From Camelus dromedarius (lineage: Eukaryota), in NCBI RefSeq assembly GCF_036321535.1, contig NC_087436.1, forward strand, positions 56,980,001 through 57,044,000: a stretch of DNA of 64,000 nucleotides. The letters run 5' to 3'. Within the stretch, counting starts at the first letter, position 1. Each line of letters starts with the position of its first letter. A program made the translations under genes and the position numbers. Positions 1 through 15,491 of this stretch are shown here, piece after piece. The notes under the pieces are model-generated. The model searched no databases. It was given only the letters and a program-made list of their open reading frames with translations, and was not told where the DNA came from.

Positions 1-1809
1 GCTCACAAATGCCTGTGCTCCCCAGAATTGTCTGACTGAGGACCACTGCCACATGTGAAAGATTGTGGACCTATGACGGTCCAAAGAGGACTTCTGAAAA
101 GGGTGAAAAACACTGCCATAGGTTATGAACAAGCATCTGTCTCTCTGCCTTAGCTTTTAACTCAGACCCCTCTTCTATATTTGACAACAGGAGGAATAAT
201 CACTTCTATTTTACAGTAAAATAACCTTGAGGCATAGAAACATATAATTAATTAAGTTCTCTCATATTATGTGAAGGCTTCTTATTTGATGTAGGAATTA
301 AATACAGTCTTTTGAGTTTGTTTTTTTCAGTTAAGTACCATATATGATCTTTATTATATTTGGTTTATTTCCCTCATGATAATTAAATAAGCATGGATGT
401 GTGACTATGTATTTGATTTTATTAAAATTTCCTTTGTTGATAGATTCCAATGAGAAGCAGGAGCAGAGTGTGCCATGAGCTGCTTTCGTAAAAGCTGTGA
501 TTTGGCTTTTGCCAGAATTGAGTGGTGGCGTCTCACTGTCAGCTAATAGGAGCCATGGCACCTTGGCTCTCTGCAGAGCTAGCTGCGTGATGCCCGGCAC
601 TCCTTCCCCAGTGCCAGGAGATATTTCACCTATGATGTCAAAACTCACAGGACAGTTGAACTCAGAAAGCAGGTTGTGTACTCAGTAGGACACCAGAGAA
701 AGTTGCTCAGGTCATACAAACTGTATTTGGAACTGATGTCTTTGAGAGATCAAACTTCCACTGATTTTTAAAAAAAACTTTAACCTTAACAAATTTTCAC
801 AGGGAGAACATGTGTAGGGAGCTACATACACACTTACGTCAAGTGTCTTAACTGATGAATGCCAGGAATTGTGGTGTTTCTTAATTGTGTGTAGAAAGAT
901 TTTCCATTTCCAAGAGTTGGTGAGATTTAAAAAAAACCTAACTAGAAAAAATGATATTTCCATCTTAGAAGTGTCAGTTTAGTGGGATAACAATAAATTC
1001 AATGATTCTCTTCTTTCAGACCCCAGATCTTATGCTTTAGGTAAGGGGTAGCCTATGTGTTTATTTCAAAGGAGTTTGTGAACTTTCTTAGGCAAAAAGC
1101 CTCTGTTGACTGATTTAAATAATATATTTTGTGCATTTGTGCTGCTGTCTTTTAAATGTATACTATTGTGGCTAATACAATATTAATTCATTAAAATGTG
1201 TTGTTGACATAATATTTTTCACAGTATTGTCTTTATTTTGTGTGTGTGTGTATTTAATCTACTGACCTTGAGTTTGAGAGCTGTCACATGGGGGGCTATG
1301 AAATTTTGCTTGTAAAGGGCCCTCAGTTGGAAAAGGTTGGGAACCACTGTCTTAATGGATTCCAGGTAGAGTGACAGGCAGGTGGAGAGGTATTTTTGGC
1401 AAAGGGGCTTTCTTGCTGCAGCTGCCTGTGTGCTAGGATAAAGGGCAAAGCATGTCTTGAGAAGAAGCAAACTTAACTAGCATTCAACAGGCCACAGACT
1501 AAATTATACTTGTAAGAATAATGTTTGGGGTGAGAAATGATTTCTCTCCCAAATCCAAGGTGTCACCTTTATTTCTAAGTTATTGGACCAAAATCATAAT
1601 AAAAACAACAGATCTAAAATGTTCTATTGGATCTCATATTTCCAGGTATTGTATCTCTAAACCACTGGTATTTTAAAGTTAGTAAAGCTACATAATGGAT
1701 ATTGCTGTAAGAGGAAGAAAATGATAAAGTATTACCTGGAAGAAATATTAAACCGCTACAGGGATAAAAGGTTATGCTTGAGTGAAACTAGTGCCAAGTG
1801 AGGTGGCTA

Positions 1810-1823
1810 CCGCCCTCTAGTGG
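1810..1823 (-). promoter_or_regulatory. CTCF core motif (reverse orientation)
   Basis: Reverse complement is CCACTAGAGGGCGG, a near-consensus CTCF core that retains a CpG in AT-rich surroundings. Confidence 0.6.
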
Positions 1824-3174
1824 TTCTCTCTCTCTCTCTTTCTCTCTCCCCCAACAACCTCTCTTTCTCTCCCCCATCCCCCTCTCTTCTCTCTCTTTTT
1901 CTCCCCTCTCTCAAGTGCCCTAGACATTTCCCTGAGAAGTTTACTTTTCCTCTTATTTAATCGGAGTATCATAAAAAAAAACTAAAAAGAAAAGAAAAAA
2001 TAAAATAATAACAAAATGAGAAAAAGTTTGCCATCATTGTCGCGTTCATCTTCATATCCCGAGAGATTTGATCTCCCTGGTTTAAAGGCACACTCATATA
2101 CATTCATATGTATAGGTGGGTTTTGCTTGTTGCTATCACACAGATTTTTACATTTAACAACAACAAAAAAATACTTGTTGAAAATCTATTATGAAACTAC
2201 CCACATGCAGCTATTCACAAAAGAAGTAAGAGCTAGTTCTCATCCCTGAAGAAACTTTTAATATAGGAGAGGATATGTACAAACAAGATTTTTTTTTTTT
2301 TACTATAAAGGCCAAAGAGTAATAATGTTTTATTTACTAGAAAAACAATTCTTTGATCTTACATGCTAGACTCACTTGTCATTGAGATGATTTTCAGTGT
2401 TTAGCAAAATTTTAAAAAGAAACTTATAATGCTGGAGGATGCCAATGTTTAAAAATTGGAATAGGTGTGTGTGAAGGGGGAGGATGAGGGCTCGGTCCTT
2501 TCTGCGTCCCTTGTTTACACCCGTTCTTAAACTGGCATATTTACTTGTACCTTGCTTGTAAGAAAATGAAAAACTGGGAAGCCGATAGTTTTCACTCCTT
2601 TTCCAATAAAATGACATTATAGGACTAATTGTCACTCTAATGCTATATTTAGCAGTGAGCACATTGTCTTGTACATGAGTGTCCAGAAAATGTCTGGCTT
2701 TCCAGTGGACTTATACCTCATGATTTTAGATTCCTTGCTCTCTAGGGATAAGGTTGTATGTTAAGAACAGAAATGGAGGTTTTTGAATTGTTTCTATAAC
2801 CATGTTAGAATAAGTAAATTATTATTATGAAAGTAAGAGAATATAATTTGTACTAAATATTACATTTGATTGTGCACCCACATGTTACAGGACCGTATAA
2901 TGGCATTCAGATAATATTGATAAAAGGTACTCTTATAGACTGAAAATTATTCCTAAAGATTTTTAAAAAGTTTGCCCATGTCTAGAATGAGTCTCTTTTC
3001 GGGCATAGGCATAAAAATGTTTTTAAAAATTTAGGAATATTTTTGGACCAGACTTGTAAAAATATTTGGAAAAAATTATTTAGAAGATAACCTGACTTTG
3101 AATGCACTTATATAAAATTTCTGAGGAACTTGGTTGATTTTATAGAATAAATATAAACTGATCATGTGATAACA

Positions 3175-3380
3175 CAGGAAAAATATCTAACGTAGACATC
3201 AGCTGCATTAATACAAGTATGCTATGCAGATCAGTACTGTACTCTGTCTGGGGCAGGTACATTTGAGATACTGTGCTCTATTCTGGGAGTCAGAGTTTAA
3301 TGGTGTCAACAAATCACAGAGTATTCAGAAGTAGGAAATTTTGGAAGTTGTATGGAGAACAGCTAAACAAACTGGGACAA
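3175..3380 (+). mobile_element. CR1/L3 LINE fragment (old)
   Basis: gctgcattaatacaagtat...ctgtactctg...tttgagatactgtgctctattctggg resembles the CR1 ORF2 C-terminal region. Boundaries approximate. Confidence 0.55.
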
Positions 3381-4170
3381 AATACTAAAGATGATACTTT
3401 AGCTCTTTTAAAACATATGTAAATACTATGATGTAGAAGGAAGAGGAATGGGAGAGGAAATAGATAAAGAGTCTAAATCTATAGTTTAAAAATTCCACAG
3501 TTCCCTTCATAAAACACATCTCAAATTTGTACCTTTCTTTCTTCTCACTTAATATGTCTCCTAGATTTGTCCCAGTCTCTTTATTCTCAATGTTATTACT
3601 TAATTTGGATTATTGTAATAAATGTATATCTGGTTTTTACAGCTCACCCCTGACCTCTTCCATCTTAATGCTGTTACTAAATAATTCTTCTTAAAATACT
3701 GTTACTGGCATGGAACTACAACAATTCTACACTATGCCTGAACTTTCAATGCCCCCATTCATAGTTTACACTGATTACATCTATTTGATCTTATTTTCTA
3801 TTATTTCTGATGGGCCATCTACTCTACTACTACTTAACTTGTTAAGTTTGTTCCTTCACTATCCCACATATATATCATGTTCTTTGCCAGTTCCATAACC
3901 TTTTAAAAGTTATATCCCTCATTTACCCACTTGGAATCCTCTGCCCATAAATTTCTCTCTATGCATCTAATTCTTACCCATTTTTTGTGAGCCATTACAT
4001 GCCATTCTTTTCTTGAGGTCTTATTAACAATTCTAACCATGATAATTTTGTATCATAATTCCTACAGTGGTTCTTGACTAACATTTCATACTTTTAAAAT
4101 AAGGTGTGATTATAAAATAATATTTATTCCATGATATTGCTCATTAATCTCATTCTAGGCAAATTTTATA

Positions 4171-4698
4171 CTGTTGAGATAGATTTTTGCAGTGATGACC
4201 CTGATTTGTCCATGTCTCCTCCATCCATGACTTTGGAGAGATTCTCATATAATGACCCTGGACTTGGCCATTTAATATAATTTGGCCAAAGAGGCAATAA
4301 GCAAATGCAGGGCAAAAAGAGACTTGAAAAAATGTGGTACACTGGGGCTTGCCTTCTCTTGTTGCTCCTTAGAACCCTAAGACCAACCACGTGAAAGAGC
4401 TTCGCTATCCTGATGGAGACATGTGGCCGGATCATCCTTTCTTCCTAATTCAGGATCAATACCAACCAATAGTCAGCATCAATCACCAAACCTATGAGCG
4501 TGGCTGCCCTAGGGCCACTAGCCCCCAGCCAACCCAAGCAACATACTGCAGCTGCATGACTGAGTCCAGGCGAGACCAACAGAAGTTGGTCTGGCATTGC
4601 CAACTCATAGAACTGCCAACAAAAAAAAAAAGAAAGATTATCATCTTAAGTCACTACTTTTAAGAGTGGCTTGTTTTGCCCAGAAGCTGCTGGATATA
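4171..4698 (+). mobile_element. MaLR (MLT1-like) solo LTR
   Basis: MLT1-type motifs: ggacttggcca...tttggccaa, cccagccaaccc, and terminal ttaagtcactacttttaagagtggcttgtt. Boundaries approximate. Confidence 0.65.
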
Positions 4699-7231
4699 AT
4701 AGTTCTTTATTAGTCAACTGTTACTTGGGTGCTAGGTCTGCTTTAGCACTCAGACTGTGAGTTGTTTGAGAGCAAGAACCATGAGATCTCTTCTCAAATG
4801 TTCAGGATTTTAACTAGTGCTAGATACATAAATGACATTGCCTAGACAATTTGATTAAATTTTTCTTCTAATAATTTTAACATTGTTTTGTTGGTATCGT
4901 AAGGAAGAAATTACTGATCTTTACATACAATGACTTCACTTGCATTTTCTAATTTGAGATAAAATTAATTTTTTTAAATATAGAATTCATGATAAGTGTG
5001 ATCCTGGATTTGACCTTACATTTTAAAAACATTTCTATAAAGAATGATACTGAGACAACTGGAAAGATCTGAATGTGGACTCTGTATTAATAATAGTGAT
5101 TTATCACTGTATAATTTCCTAAATTTTATAATTATATTACAGTTATATAAGCAAATCATTCAGTAAAACTATTAGTGCTAAATTTACTACTTATAAGTAT
5201 ATATGGAGAGAAGGACAGGAAGGGATGAGACAGAAAAAACAGGCAACAGCAAGAATCTGGTGAATTTTAGGTGAAGGGCAAAAGGGGATTCATTATACCA
5301 TTCTTGGACCTTTTTGGTATATTTGGAATTTTTGCTCAAAATAAAAAGTAAGAAAAAAGGAGGTAAGATCCACTGTTCACCAAGTAATTTAAACATTTTA
5401 ACTCAGAAAAGATGTAGGTCACTGTTGCTTAAAATGGAAAGTTTGTTGGACTGTAAAAATAAGCTGACAGTTACTCTGTCAGCCCCATTGTCATCGCTCA
5501 TTATCCTGAGGAATTTGTTCTTTAGTCCATGATGAAGGACTGGAGAAGGAACTGCAGGATGTGTTCAATGGATGCTCTAGACTGAATGCCCAGAAATAAA
5601 CTTGGGGATCTTCAGGCTTTCCAGATCTTGTACTACACGCAAAATTTACCAGTAGATTCTAAGAATGAATGCTGTCCAACATTATTCCTAGAAATAGTGT
5701 AGCACTGACCTATTATTTCACTCTAAGAGCATGTCTTCCTGCAGTGAAGAGCTGTGTAGTTTGCAGTTAATAAATGATAAAAGAGGAGAGAGATTACACT
5801 ATAATTTTTTTCTTTGGGTAGGAGATACAGAACTGAAACTGAAACCATTGAATTATTTCTGAAATATTCATAGTACTTTTCTCTGCAGATTAAGCTGTGG
5901 GATCCTCAGAGATTTTTACATAGTGACCCCAGTTAAAATTTATCTGAAATTCCTTGACTTCTTTACTATTGTATGTATGTACCAATAAGAACAACCACTA
6001 TTTTCTGGGAAAACTCTGGAATGCTGTAGACTAATTTGGTATATTTACTATTTAAGGGAAATTTTTTATAGTAGGAATTTTGATCTTTAATTACAAGATG
6101 TTAAAGATAGTGTTCTATTGAAATACACAACTAAAACAAGCAAAACAGTCTGAAATTAAAATCCAGATGTTTAGTTCCAAGTGCTGTTAAGAGAGTGAGT
6201 ACTTACTTTAGGCATTTTTAGGCATTGATTTAAACATTTTTCAAAATATTGATTTTAGTAAGAAGTATAGCTTAAAAAGCTAAACTAATTTCATGCTTCT
6301 GATAGATTGGACCAGTTAAAAATAAAGGCCCTTTTCCTAGGAATTCTTAAATAGAAGCATTCAGTTCAAACACAGGAATGTTAAGTTTCACTGCAATGGA
6401 CACTATTTTGGGACAAGAGCTGAATACATAGCTTAGTAACCAAATTATTGGTTAAGTAAAGATCAAAGAGAGAAAAAAATGGTTGAACTAGAACTTTCTT
6501 TAAAAGTGTGCTATGCTTTTCATTACCAATGGAAAGTAAGTCCACAGTCAAGATAAAATCTTCTTGTTCATTCTCTATCTACACAGTGTGCTAAGTGCAC
6601 ATGCAAAAGGCACTAAAACTCCTGGAATCATTACTCAGCATTCGTTAACAAGATTGTGATTGGGACACACTTGCATGAGAACTCCTTAAACATAGACAAA
6701 TCCGAAGCATGTAGCTCTAATAAGAAAAACAAAGACTTAGTAAGCAAAGAGTAAAGCTCTCTTAAGGAAAAAAATAAGTTTCCCATTTAGATTTAAAAAG
6801 CATTTACCCTATAACTTGAACTGGGGTAGAGGAGAAAAAATATTTCTCTCGAAATGCTCAAATATCCAACTTTGTGCATGTTTCTGTGATTTTTTTCCCC
6901 TTGTATAAATGAGATAACTGAATCATGAGGCTTTTTATTTTAAAATACGTTTTACTGTTTCTGACTGAGCCCAGATGCCACACACTTAACTGTCCTGGTT
7001 CAGCTCCATTCCTTAGCTCTCCATCCTGTCACTGTTTGGAAGTGATGAGGTATGTCCTGGGTTCTTCCTATTTATAGAGCAGAGGCGATGACCAGAAATG
7101 ACAGATGGGGCTTATGTTAGTTGGGGTTTAAATGAAAGTCTTAAGCTCTAGGCTTGTGTGTGAGCTTAAAGAATGAGGAGTGGGCTCTTGATTAACTTCC
7201 CCTTCTCCTTTGTTAATCAATTTTGATTAAT

Positions 7232-7234
<3 letters not shown>

Positions 7235-7291
<57 letters not shown>
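7235..7291. repeat. (AT)n microsatellite, about 28 units
   Basis: Uninterrupted atatat run. Confidence 0.97.
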
Positions 7292-7297
<6 letters not shown>

Positions 7298-7627
7298 CAC
7301 TTAGGAACTGGCAAAGGAAAATTACCTTCTCTTATCTACTAAATAAGGACTTCTAAATAATTGTAAACCTTGAAATAAATAAAGCTTAGAACAACTTTGT
7401 GTCTGTTATCCAGGGAGCTTTGTTCCTCCATGCAGCCTGAATTATTAATTTTTCCATTTTAATAGTTTATATTTACTTAAGAAGAAAGAGGTGATCCATT
7501 ATCCTCTTTAAATTTGTTCGTAACTCACTGGGCTTAGAATGCCATCCTTTAAATGAAAGAATATGGGTTCTATTCATCTCAATTGATTATGAATTTTAAA
7601 AAGGTCAAGTTCATCTCTGGATTATGT

Positions 7628-8760
7628 TATTCATTCATTCATATAACAAATGTTTCTTGAGTAAGTGTCATGTGCCATGCATTTATTGGAGATGTAACAG
7701 TGAAGAACACATGATCGTCACTCCCATGGGTTTGATATCTAATATAGGATAAAACCAAATGTTTAGACAAGAACCAGCCCTGTAGAAAAGTATAGTAAGT
7801 TCTAGGATGAGTGTAAGTTCAAGGTGCTATGAAGGCATATAGAAAGGCTACCTAATTCAACCTCTGAAACCAGGAAATTTTCCAGAGAAAGTAGTATCTG
7901 AGCTAAAAACTGAAGGACAAGAAGGAGTAAGGATCTGAAGACCAAATGTGAAGGAGGAGAGAAGGGACAATAGAAAGATGGAAAAGTTTATCAATTGAAC
8001 AAGACCCCAAAGGTAAGAGACAGTACGACGTGAGCCTAGACACTGGGATGGAGTGAGAAGAGATGAGGTTGGCAATGTCGATATTGAAGGCAATTCCCAT
8101 CCTTGTTAGGATTTCAAGCTTTACCATGAAGGCAATGAGCAGCCAGTGTTGATTTTTAAAGTAGGGGACAGACAATATAAAAATCACTCTGTCTGCATTT
8201 GAATGGATTTGAGAAGGGAAATGTTATTAGGAATATGATTACAAAGCTGTTGCAATGATCCCAGCAAGAATGATGGAGATTTAAATCAAGAAATGGAGAG
8301 AAGTTGACAAATTTGGGAGAGATTTAAAAGTGGACTTTAAAAGCCTTGGTAATTATTTGATGAGAGACAGGAAAGAGAGAGAGAGAAAGAAAGAGAGAGA
8401 GAGAATAAAAAACGATACCCACAATTCTTGCCAGGGCAACGGATGGACAATGGAGATATTAATAGTTATATATGTGATATGGAGCACAGGAGACAAAATC
8501 AGTTTTTCCAGATAAAGATTTGTAAGTCATCAACATATAGACTAAAATTAAAACCATGAGCTATGCATGTAACCATCTAGGGTATGTGTAGGTGAAAAAA
8601 AGAGGAAGCCTGAAACATAACCATGAAGGAGACCGACATTAAAGGAATCAGATGAGCAGGATAAACCTGCAAAGCAAACTGAGAATGACAGCCCAAAGAG
8701 ACAGGAGGAAAACCAAGGAAATCAATAGAAGCCAGTGGTATCAATGCCAGTATCATATGG
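7628..8760 (-). mobile_element. L2 LINE remnant
   Basis: Left end is the L2 3' tail in antisense (ttcattcattc...aacaaatgtttcttgagt), followed by typical purine-rich L2 antisense body. Right boundary approximate. Confidence 0.7.
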
Positions 8761-9457
8761 GATTAAATCGTATGAACACCAGCGAGTATCTTCATGCTTA
8801 TTAATGGCCCATACCTTGAAGCTATTGCTTTCCCAGTCTTGCAGTGCCTTCCCTCTCCCCCTGACCACCTACCTGGCCACCTCTTAAAAGCAATATTGGA
8901 AGCTAAAAAAGTATATATTTTATTAATGAATATTTTAATGATGTCACTGCAGTGCATGTACTGTTAGTTTTTAAAATAACAAAGTAGTAATCATTTTAAT
9001 TTGAGCAATCCATTTTCCCTTCCTCTCCAGATCTAATACTGTAATCAGAGGTGCATATATATTAAACAGTTAGTTAGGAGTTCAATTTGATTACAGAACA
9101 GAGGGGAAAAAACCCCTGTAATTATTTAGAACCTAGATTTTGGACTCAAACAGAGATGGGTTTGAATATATTGCTATACATTTAGTAGCTATGTGACACA
9201 GGATAAATATCTTAAATTCTCAAGCCTTGGTTTCCTTACCTGAAAATTGGAGATATTAATAGTATGTGTCTTTAAGCGTTTTTGTACACATTAAATGTGA
9301 TAATTTATGTAATATGATTAGTACATTAATTAAATAGTTACTTAATAATATCATTGGCCTCAATAACACATTATAACAAATTGAGCTAAATATCAAATAA
9401 CCTGGTGATTTTTGCTCTGGGGTTTGTGTTTCATAAAAACTACAAATATATTTGTAT

Positions 9458-10285
9458 GAAAATGAATAGGGAAACAGGAGACTTGCACAACAATATAGAT
9501 CAAATGGACCTAACAGACGTATATCTAGAGCAGTCTGCCCAACAGCAACAGAGTGTGGAGACTGCTCACAAAATTAAGACAAGAACTACTACATGATCCA
9601 TCCAGCAATCTTGCTTCTGGGTACTCATCCAAAAGGAAATGAAACTAGGATGGCAAAGAGATATCTGCACTCCTATGTTCATTGCAGCATTATTCACATT
9701 AGCCAAGATATGGAAAAAACCCAAGTGTCCATCAATGGATAAAGAAGATGTATATATATACATATACATATACATTTTATTCAGCCATGAGAAATTAGGA
9801 AATCCTGTCTTTTGTGGAAAATGTGTATAAACCTGAAGTGAAGTAAGCCAGACAGAGAAAAGCAAATACTGTATAATCTACTTGTATGTGGAATATAAAA
9901 AATAAAATGTTGAGCTCATAGAAGCAGAGAGTTGAATGGTGGTTACCAGGGGGCTGGCAGGGAGGGGAGGAGGTGGGGGAAGTGAGGAGAAGTTAGTCAA
10001 AGGGTACCAAGTGGTAGGTGTGTGGGATGAATAAGTGCAGAGATTAATGTACAGGCATGATGACTAACCAGTAATACTGTATTGAACACTGGAAATATGC
10101 TGAGAGAGTAGATTTTAGGTGAACTCATCTCACACAAAATGGTAACTATGTAAGGAGATGATATATTAATAAACTTGACTGTAGTAGTCATTTCACTATG
10201 TATTTGCACATCAAATCATCATGTTGTTCACCTTAAATGTATACAGTTTTTATTTTAAAATACATAAACAAATGAAAAAAAAACT
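9458..10285 (+). mobile_element. Older L1 (L1MA/L1MB-like) 3' fragment with internal deletion
   Basis: gatcaaatggacctaacagac (endonuclease region) joined to the ORF2 C-terminus (ORF 9639-9830: [25 protein letters not shown]), then 3'UTR and A-rich tail. Confidence 0.85.
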
Positions 10286-10471
10286 GCCAAAAAAAATAAT
10301 CTCCTGTTCACAACTTTGTAAGGCATCACAGAAATCAGATGGATTTATGCACGTGTATATGGACAGATTCTTAAAATTGTTCTTGCAAAGTTATTCTTAG
10401 TATTTTGCTCTAATAGTTACTTTGAATGGAATTTTACCATATTTCATCACCTTTAAAAATATACACTTTCA

Positions 10472-11472
10472 CCGACAAAGGCTTGATCTCCAGAATATAC
10501 AAGCAGCTCATATGACTTAATAAGAAACAACCAAACAACCCAATCCAAAAATGGGCAAAAGACCTAAACAAGCAATTCTCCAACGAAGACATACAAATGA
10601 TCAATAGGCACATGAAAAAATGCTCAATATCACTAATTATCAGAGAAATGCAAATCAAAACTACAATGAGGTATCACCTCACACCAGTCAGAATGGCCAT
10701 CATTCAAAAATCCACAAATGACAAATGCTGGAGAGGCTGTGGAGAAAGGGGAACCCTCCTACTCTGCTGGTGGGAATGCAGTTTGGTGCAGCCACTGTGG
10801 AAAACAGTATGGAGATTCCTCAAAAGACTAGGAATAGACTTACCATATGACCCAGGAATCCTGCTCTTAGGCATATATCCAGAAGGAACTCTACTTCAGG
10901 ATGACATCTGCATCCCAAGGTTCATAACAGCACTATTTACTATGGCCAAGACATGGAGATAGCCTAAATGTCCATCAACGGATGACTGGATAAAGAAGTA
11001 GTGGTATATTTATACAATGGAATACTATTCAGCCATAAAAACCAACAACATAACACCATTTGCAGCAACATGGATGCTCCTGGAGAATGTCATTCTAAGT
11101 GAAGTAAGCCAGAAAGAGAAAGAAAAATACCATATGAGATCACTCATATGTGGAATCTAAAACAAACAAACAAACAAAGCATAAATACAAAATAGAAACA
11201 GACTCATAGACATAGAATGCAAACTTGTGGTTGCCAAGGGGGTGGAGGGTGGGAAGGGATAGATGGGATTTCAAAATTGTAGAATAGATAAACAAGATTA
11301 TACTGTATAGCACAGGGAAATACACACAAGATCTTATGGTAGCTCACAGAGAAAAAAAAGTGACAATTAATATATATATATTCATGTATAACTGAAAAGT
11401 TGTGCTCTACATTGGAATTTGACACAACATTGTAAAATGATTATAAATCAATAAAAAATGTTAAAAAAATTT
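10472..11472 (+). mobile_element. Young 5'-truncated L1 (ORF2 C-terminus, 3'UTR, A tail)
   Basis: ORF 10597-10962 matches the L1 ORF2 C-terminus ([19 protein letters not shown]...[19 protein letters not shown]). AATAAA and A-rich tail near 11450-11470. Imperfect TSD aaatatacactttca (10457-10471) / aaatacatactttca (11473-11487). Confidence 0.95.
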
Positions 11473-14400
11473 AAATACATACTTTCAAAACTTTGCTTAC
11501 AAGTATATGAGCATTTTGACAGAAATATTAATGACTATCCAATGTTGGGATCTAAGTTGATTTTAAATTGTTGTTAATATCAGAGACTTTTCTTCTCTAC
11601 CCAATTATATATTCTGTTAATTACAGAATTCTTAGATACAGGTGTGACTGAAATCAGGGAATTAAAAAAAGTTATTTAAGGGGCATTGTAAACAACAAAC
11701 AAATAAGATGTTATTCTTAAGATTATATACATTTATCGCGACTCATCATTTTTAGTTCTATGGATACTTCAATTTGTGAAACAACAGTATTATCACTAAA
11801 TAGTACATTCAACATTACTAAAGCCAAATGATAAGTGGATATAAGTGTGCTTATGAAAGACACAGTTGAGTTCTACTTCTTAGGTACTTGTTAGGTTCTC
11901 ATCAATTTCTGATGCTGATGTCTGCCAAATGCACTGCTGTTGATGGAGGAACTGTGATTTACACAGCAGTCTGAACACAGCAATTTTGATTCAGAATTGA
12001 TAAAGGATAAAATACTAAATAATTATCAAAGTGTATTTCAGAGAACCCCTGCAGAAGCTGCCCAGAGAGGAGGATAAGGGTGAGGATATTCATCACCTCC
12101 AAACATAACGGCTTTACTTTATAGATTTCCTTCCTTTCTTCCTTCCTTTTTTTCCTTCCTTCCCTTGTTCCATCCATCTCTCCTTCCTTCCATTTAAGAT
12201 TTCATTTCAGCAAAAGGCTCCAGGGTCAAAAACCAGTTTGGAAATTAATTATAGATAGATAACAGTAACCCAAAATAACATGAGATGTTATTGAGCACTT
12301 ACTTATTCATCATGTTTTAGACACTTTTCAATGTAATGGGGGAAAAAACCTGGCTATATAAAATAAAGTGAAGAAAGCAATAATAAAACTAAATGCAAAA
12401 TGTTCCATTTTTTTTATTTGTTCACACACAGATATTAAAAAGGACTGGAAAGAAATGTCAATATATTAACTGTGATTATCTCGGGGGGATGGGCTATTAC
12501 AGTAGATTTAAATTTTCTTTCTAATCTTTCTACAATAAACATGCACTAATTTTACAATCCAAGGGAACAAATGTTTTGCAAATTAATCACTTCTTGCAAA
12601 ACAATATATATTAAAATATTATTTCAATAACAATCTTTAGTATTCTTTAAACTTAGTATATATCTTCAAGAAGTCTTTAACAAATATTTTTCACATGATA
12701 ACTTTTAAGACATTTTTGTCTGCCATAAATTTCTTAACATTACTTAATAATGTTCTAGTAATGCAGATTTTCCATATCTTGAAATATAAAAATGTGAAAA
12801 ATACTGAGTGACTTTCCCTATAGAGCAGAAAGAAATTAAAATTACTAATCACTTTAGCATAATTTAATGAAGCAAATGTGCAGCCTATCCAGTCTCTTCT
12901 TATTCATGCTCATCTAATTCCACAAAGAACTAAGTAGAGTCTGTATCATCTTCTTGCTGTTTTACTAAATCTTTTCAAAAATCTTACTGCCACTCCTCTT
13001 TGATTAGACTTTCTATAGAAGTTTTAAATTTTGAAGGAGAAGCCAAGCCTTTAACTTTGATAGAGGTAATGAGAAAAATACGTTACTTCAATTTACATGC
13101 AAAGTTTTATTCAATTCTACTTCATGGAAATGCAACACTTATTCTGCAAGTAAAAAAGAGTACGCATGATTTTATTTAGTGAGAAAACTCTCAAAAGAGA
13201 AATATAATTCAGTGTCTTGAAAAAACAAATCTGCTTAAAGCCATACGTAAAACATCTATATCTTCTCTGATTCCCAGAGAATGACAAAGTAGATGCAGAA
13301 TATTCCTTACAAAGGCCCTGATGTATTCAAAAGGGTAATCGTGTCCATCAGCAACATCAAACTAGATGCCCGGAATGAGTCACGAAATCTGTAAAACAAA
13401 TAATAAAGTAGGAACCAGAGCTAGCTGAATCAGCACATCTCCTAATCAAGTTTGGCTTTTAGAAACAAGAAGATCTTCAATAAAGGGAAAAGTTAGTGCC
13501 TGGAAGATAAGGAAAAGTTATTTCTGTGCCATCTATCCAAAATATTACATGTAATATTGGGTGTGCCAGGAAAGGGTCAGCAGGTGTCAGCTCTGTCTTT
13601 GTGGTCATAAAAAACATAGCTGCTTGAATATTTTTATGACTGATTTTGTTTCAAATGGCAGAGAAATACAAATTAAACTTTATATCTGTTATTATACTCA
13701 TTAGAAGTATACTAAATTTAGTCAAAATCATTTAGCTATTTTGAGAGTCATTGCAGAATAGGGAAATGTAAATGTCGTTGGTTGAAATTCTATTTCTTTT
13801 ATATATATGAGTGTACATCTGTGTGTTTATGTATATATAATAGATCACTGAAATTATTTAACCAAAAACCTCCAATATTCTGAAAATAGATTATAATATA
13901 CTAAAAATTCAAATTATATGTTTCACATTTTTCTAGTAATATGAGAAAACTAAACTCCAATAGTTTTCTGTTTTACGGTTTCTTCTAACTTTAGCCTAAA
14001 TTAAAAAGGGAAATTGCAGGTTTTAAATGATGTGAAATACTACGGTAAGACCAAAATCTTTACTGTCTTAATACCACACATTTTTGTTTAAAGCATGAAC
14101 CAAAATAACATTTTGGAAAAGAGAATAAATTTATTATCTATTATTATTTGAAATAAAATCACTGTTTAATATATTTTCCAGACTAAATCTTAGTTAACAC
14201 ATAGATAATATTTGGATATCATAAAGGAATTTTTTAAAACCTAGGTTTAAGAATGGAAGGTTTTAACATCTCCTAATGAAGTACAACTTGGATAACACTG
14301 AAGAAATGCCATGTGGTGTTAACTATGAGCATCACAACATGATCCAAAAGCTATAAGTGCAGGAGTCTAATATTGACTTATCTGGTTACCAACCACAAAC

Positions 14401-15491
14401 TACAGGACTGAATAACTAATATAATTCATTGAATGGAGGGATTTTATGGTTTTATGAAGATTAGGTTTTGGACATGATGCAGCCACATGGTTACAATATG
14501 TTTCTTTAACTCTGTCTGTATAAAACTTCTGTTAGTGGATATAACAGTCAAACTATAAACTGCAAATCACTGGAGTCTCAAATATTAGCTGTTCCATAAG
14601 TATTTGTTGAATGAATGCAAGCCCTAAGCCTGCAGATAGAAAGATAGAGATAACTGAAACAATTTCTAGTATTAGGACTGTCCAAGCTTTCCTTACTTGA
14701 ATTCTTCATTCCATTTTATGTTGTTATGATAAATTTATATTCCATATTTTTCTACTAGTGAAGCAACTTTTAATGTCCTAAAGACAAATGTTTTTGAAAA
14801 AGCATTATCAGCACTGTTTTTCCTCCTAATGCCTTTTTTTATGTTTCATATCAGAGCTTCCAAATTATCTTTTGGGCTATGATTTTAACAGCAATTCTAT
14901 TGATAAAAGTAAGCAATATACTGTAAGTTCTATTTTACAGAAAAGGAGACAGATTCAGAAATATTAAGTGACATGTTTAATCTTATATAAGTAGAGATAA
15001 ACTTTCATTAGAACCAAGGTTTTCTGATTCTCAGACAATTTTTCCTAATAAAAGTAAAGCAGCATTTCTATAAATTCAGTTGTGCCAATATTTCTATATA
15101 TGCCTCTAAGATTTTCTAAGTATCCACAAGAGAGCATAATTTTGATGAAAAACAGTAGATTTTTATAAACAATAATTTTGTGTGTAATTGGAAAACAGCA
15201 GAGATATTTATGCAGGGGTTTTCTTAAACCAGGAATAAAATGTCTTTAGCCACTTTATTTCTTTAAAATTAAAGTTCATTTATTTACTATGTTGAGCTCC
15301 TCTTTCCTTTATGCTAGACAGTATGCTAAAATGTAGACACATTCAAATAGCACACAGACACATATGAACATATCACACAATCTCCTTGATCTCTTACTCA
15401 GAAACTGGTCTGTTATCATAATCAGAAAGAGGCAGATGGGTGGGTACTGAACTGAGCATCAAAGGAACCTGGTTAAGAAAACAGTACTGGA

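Noticed and set aside
331..688. Overlapping ORFs 331-648 (-) and 497-688 (+), and an exon-like stretch reading DSNEKQEQSVP* at about 443-478
   Set aside because: No recognisable protein similarity, no supporting partner exons, weak splice context.
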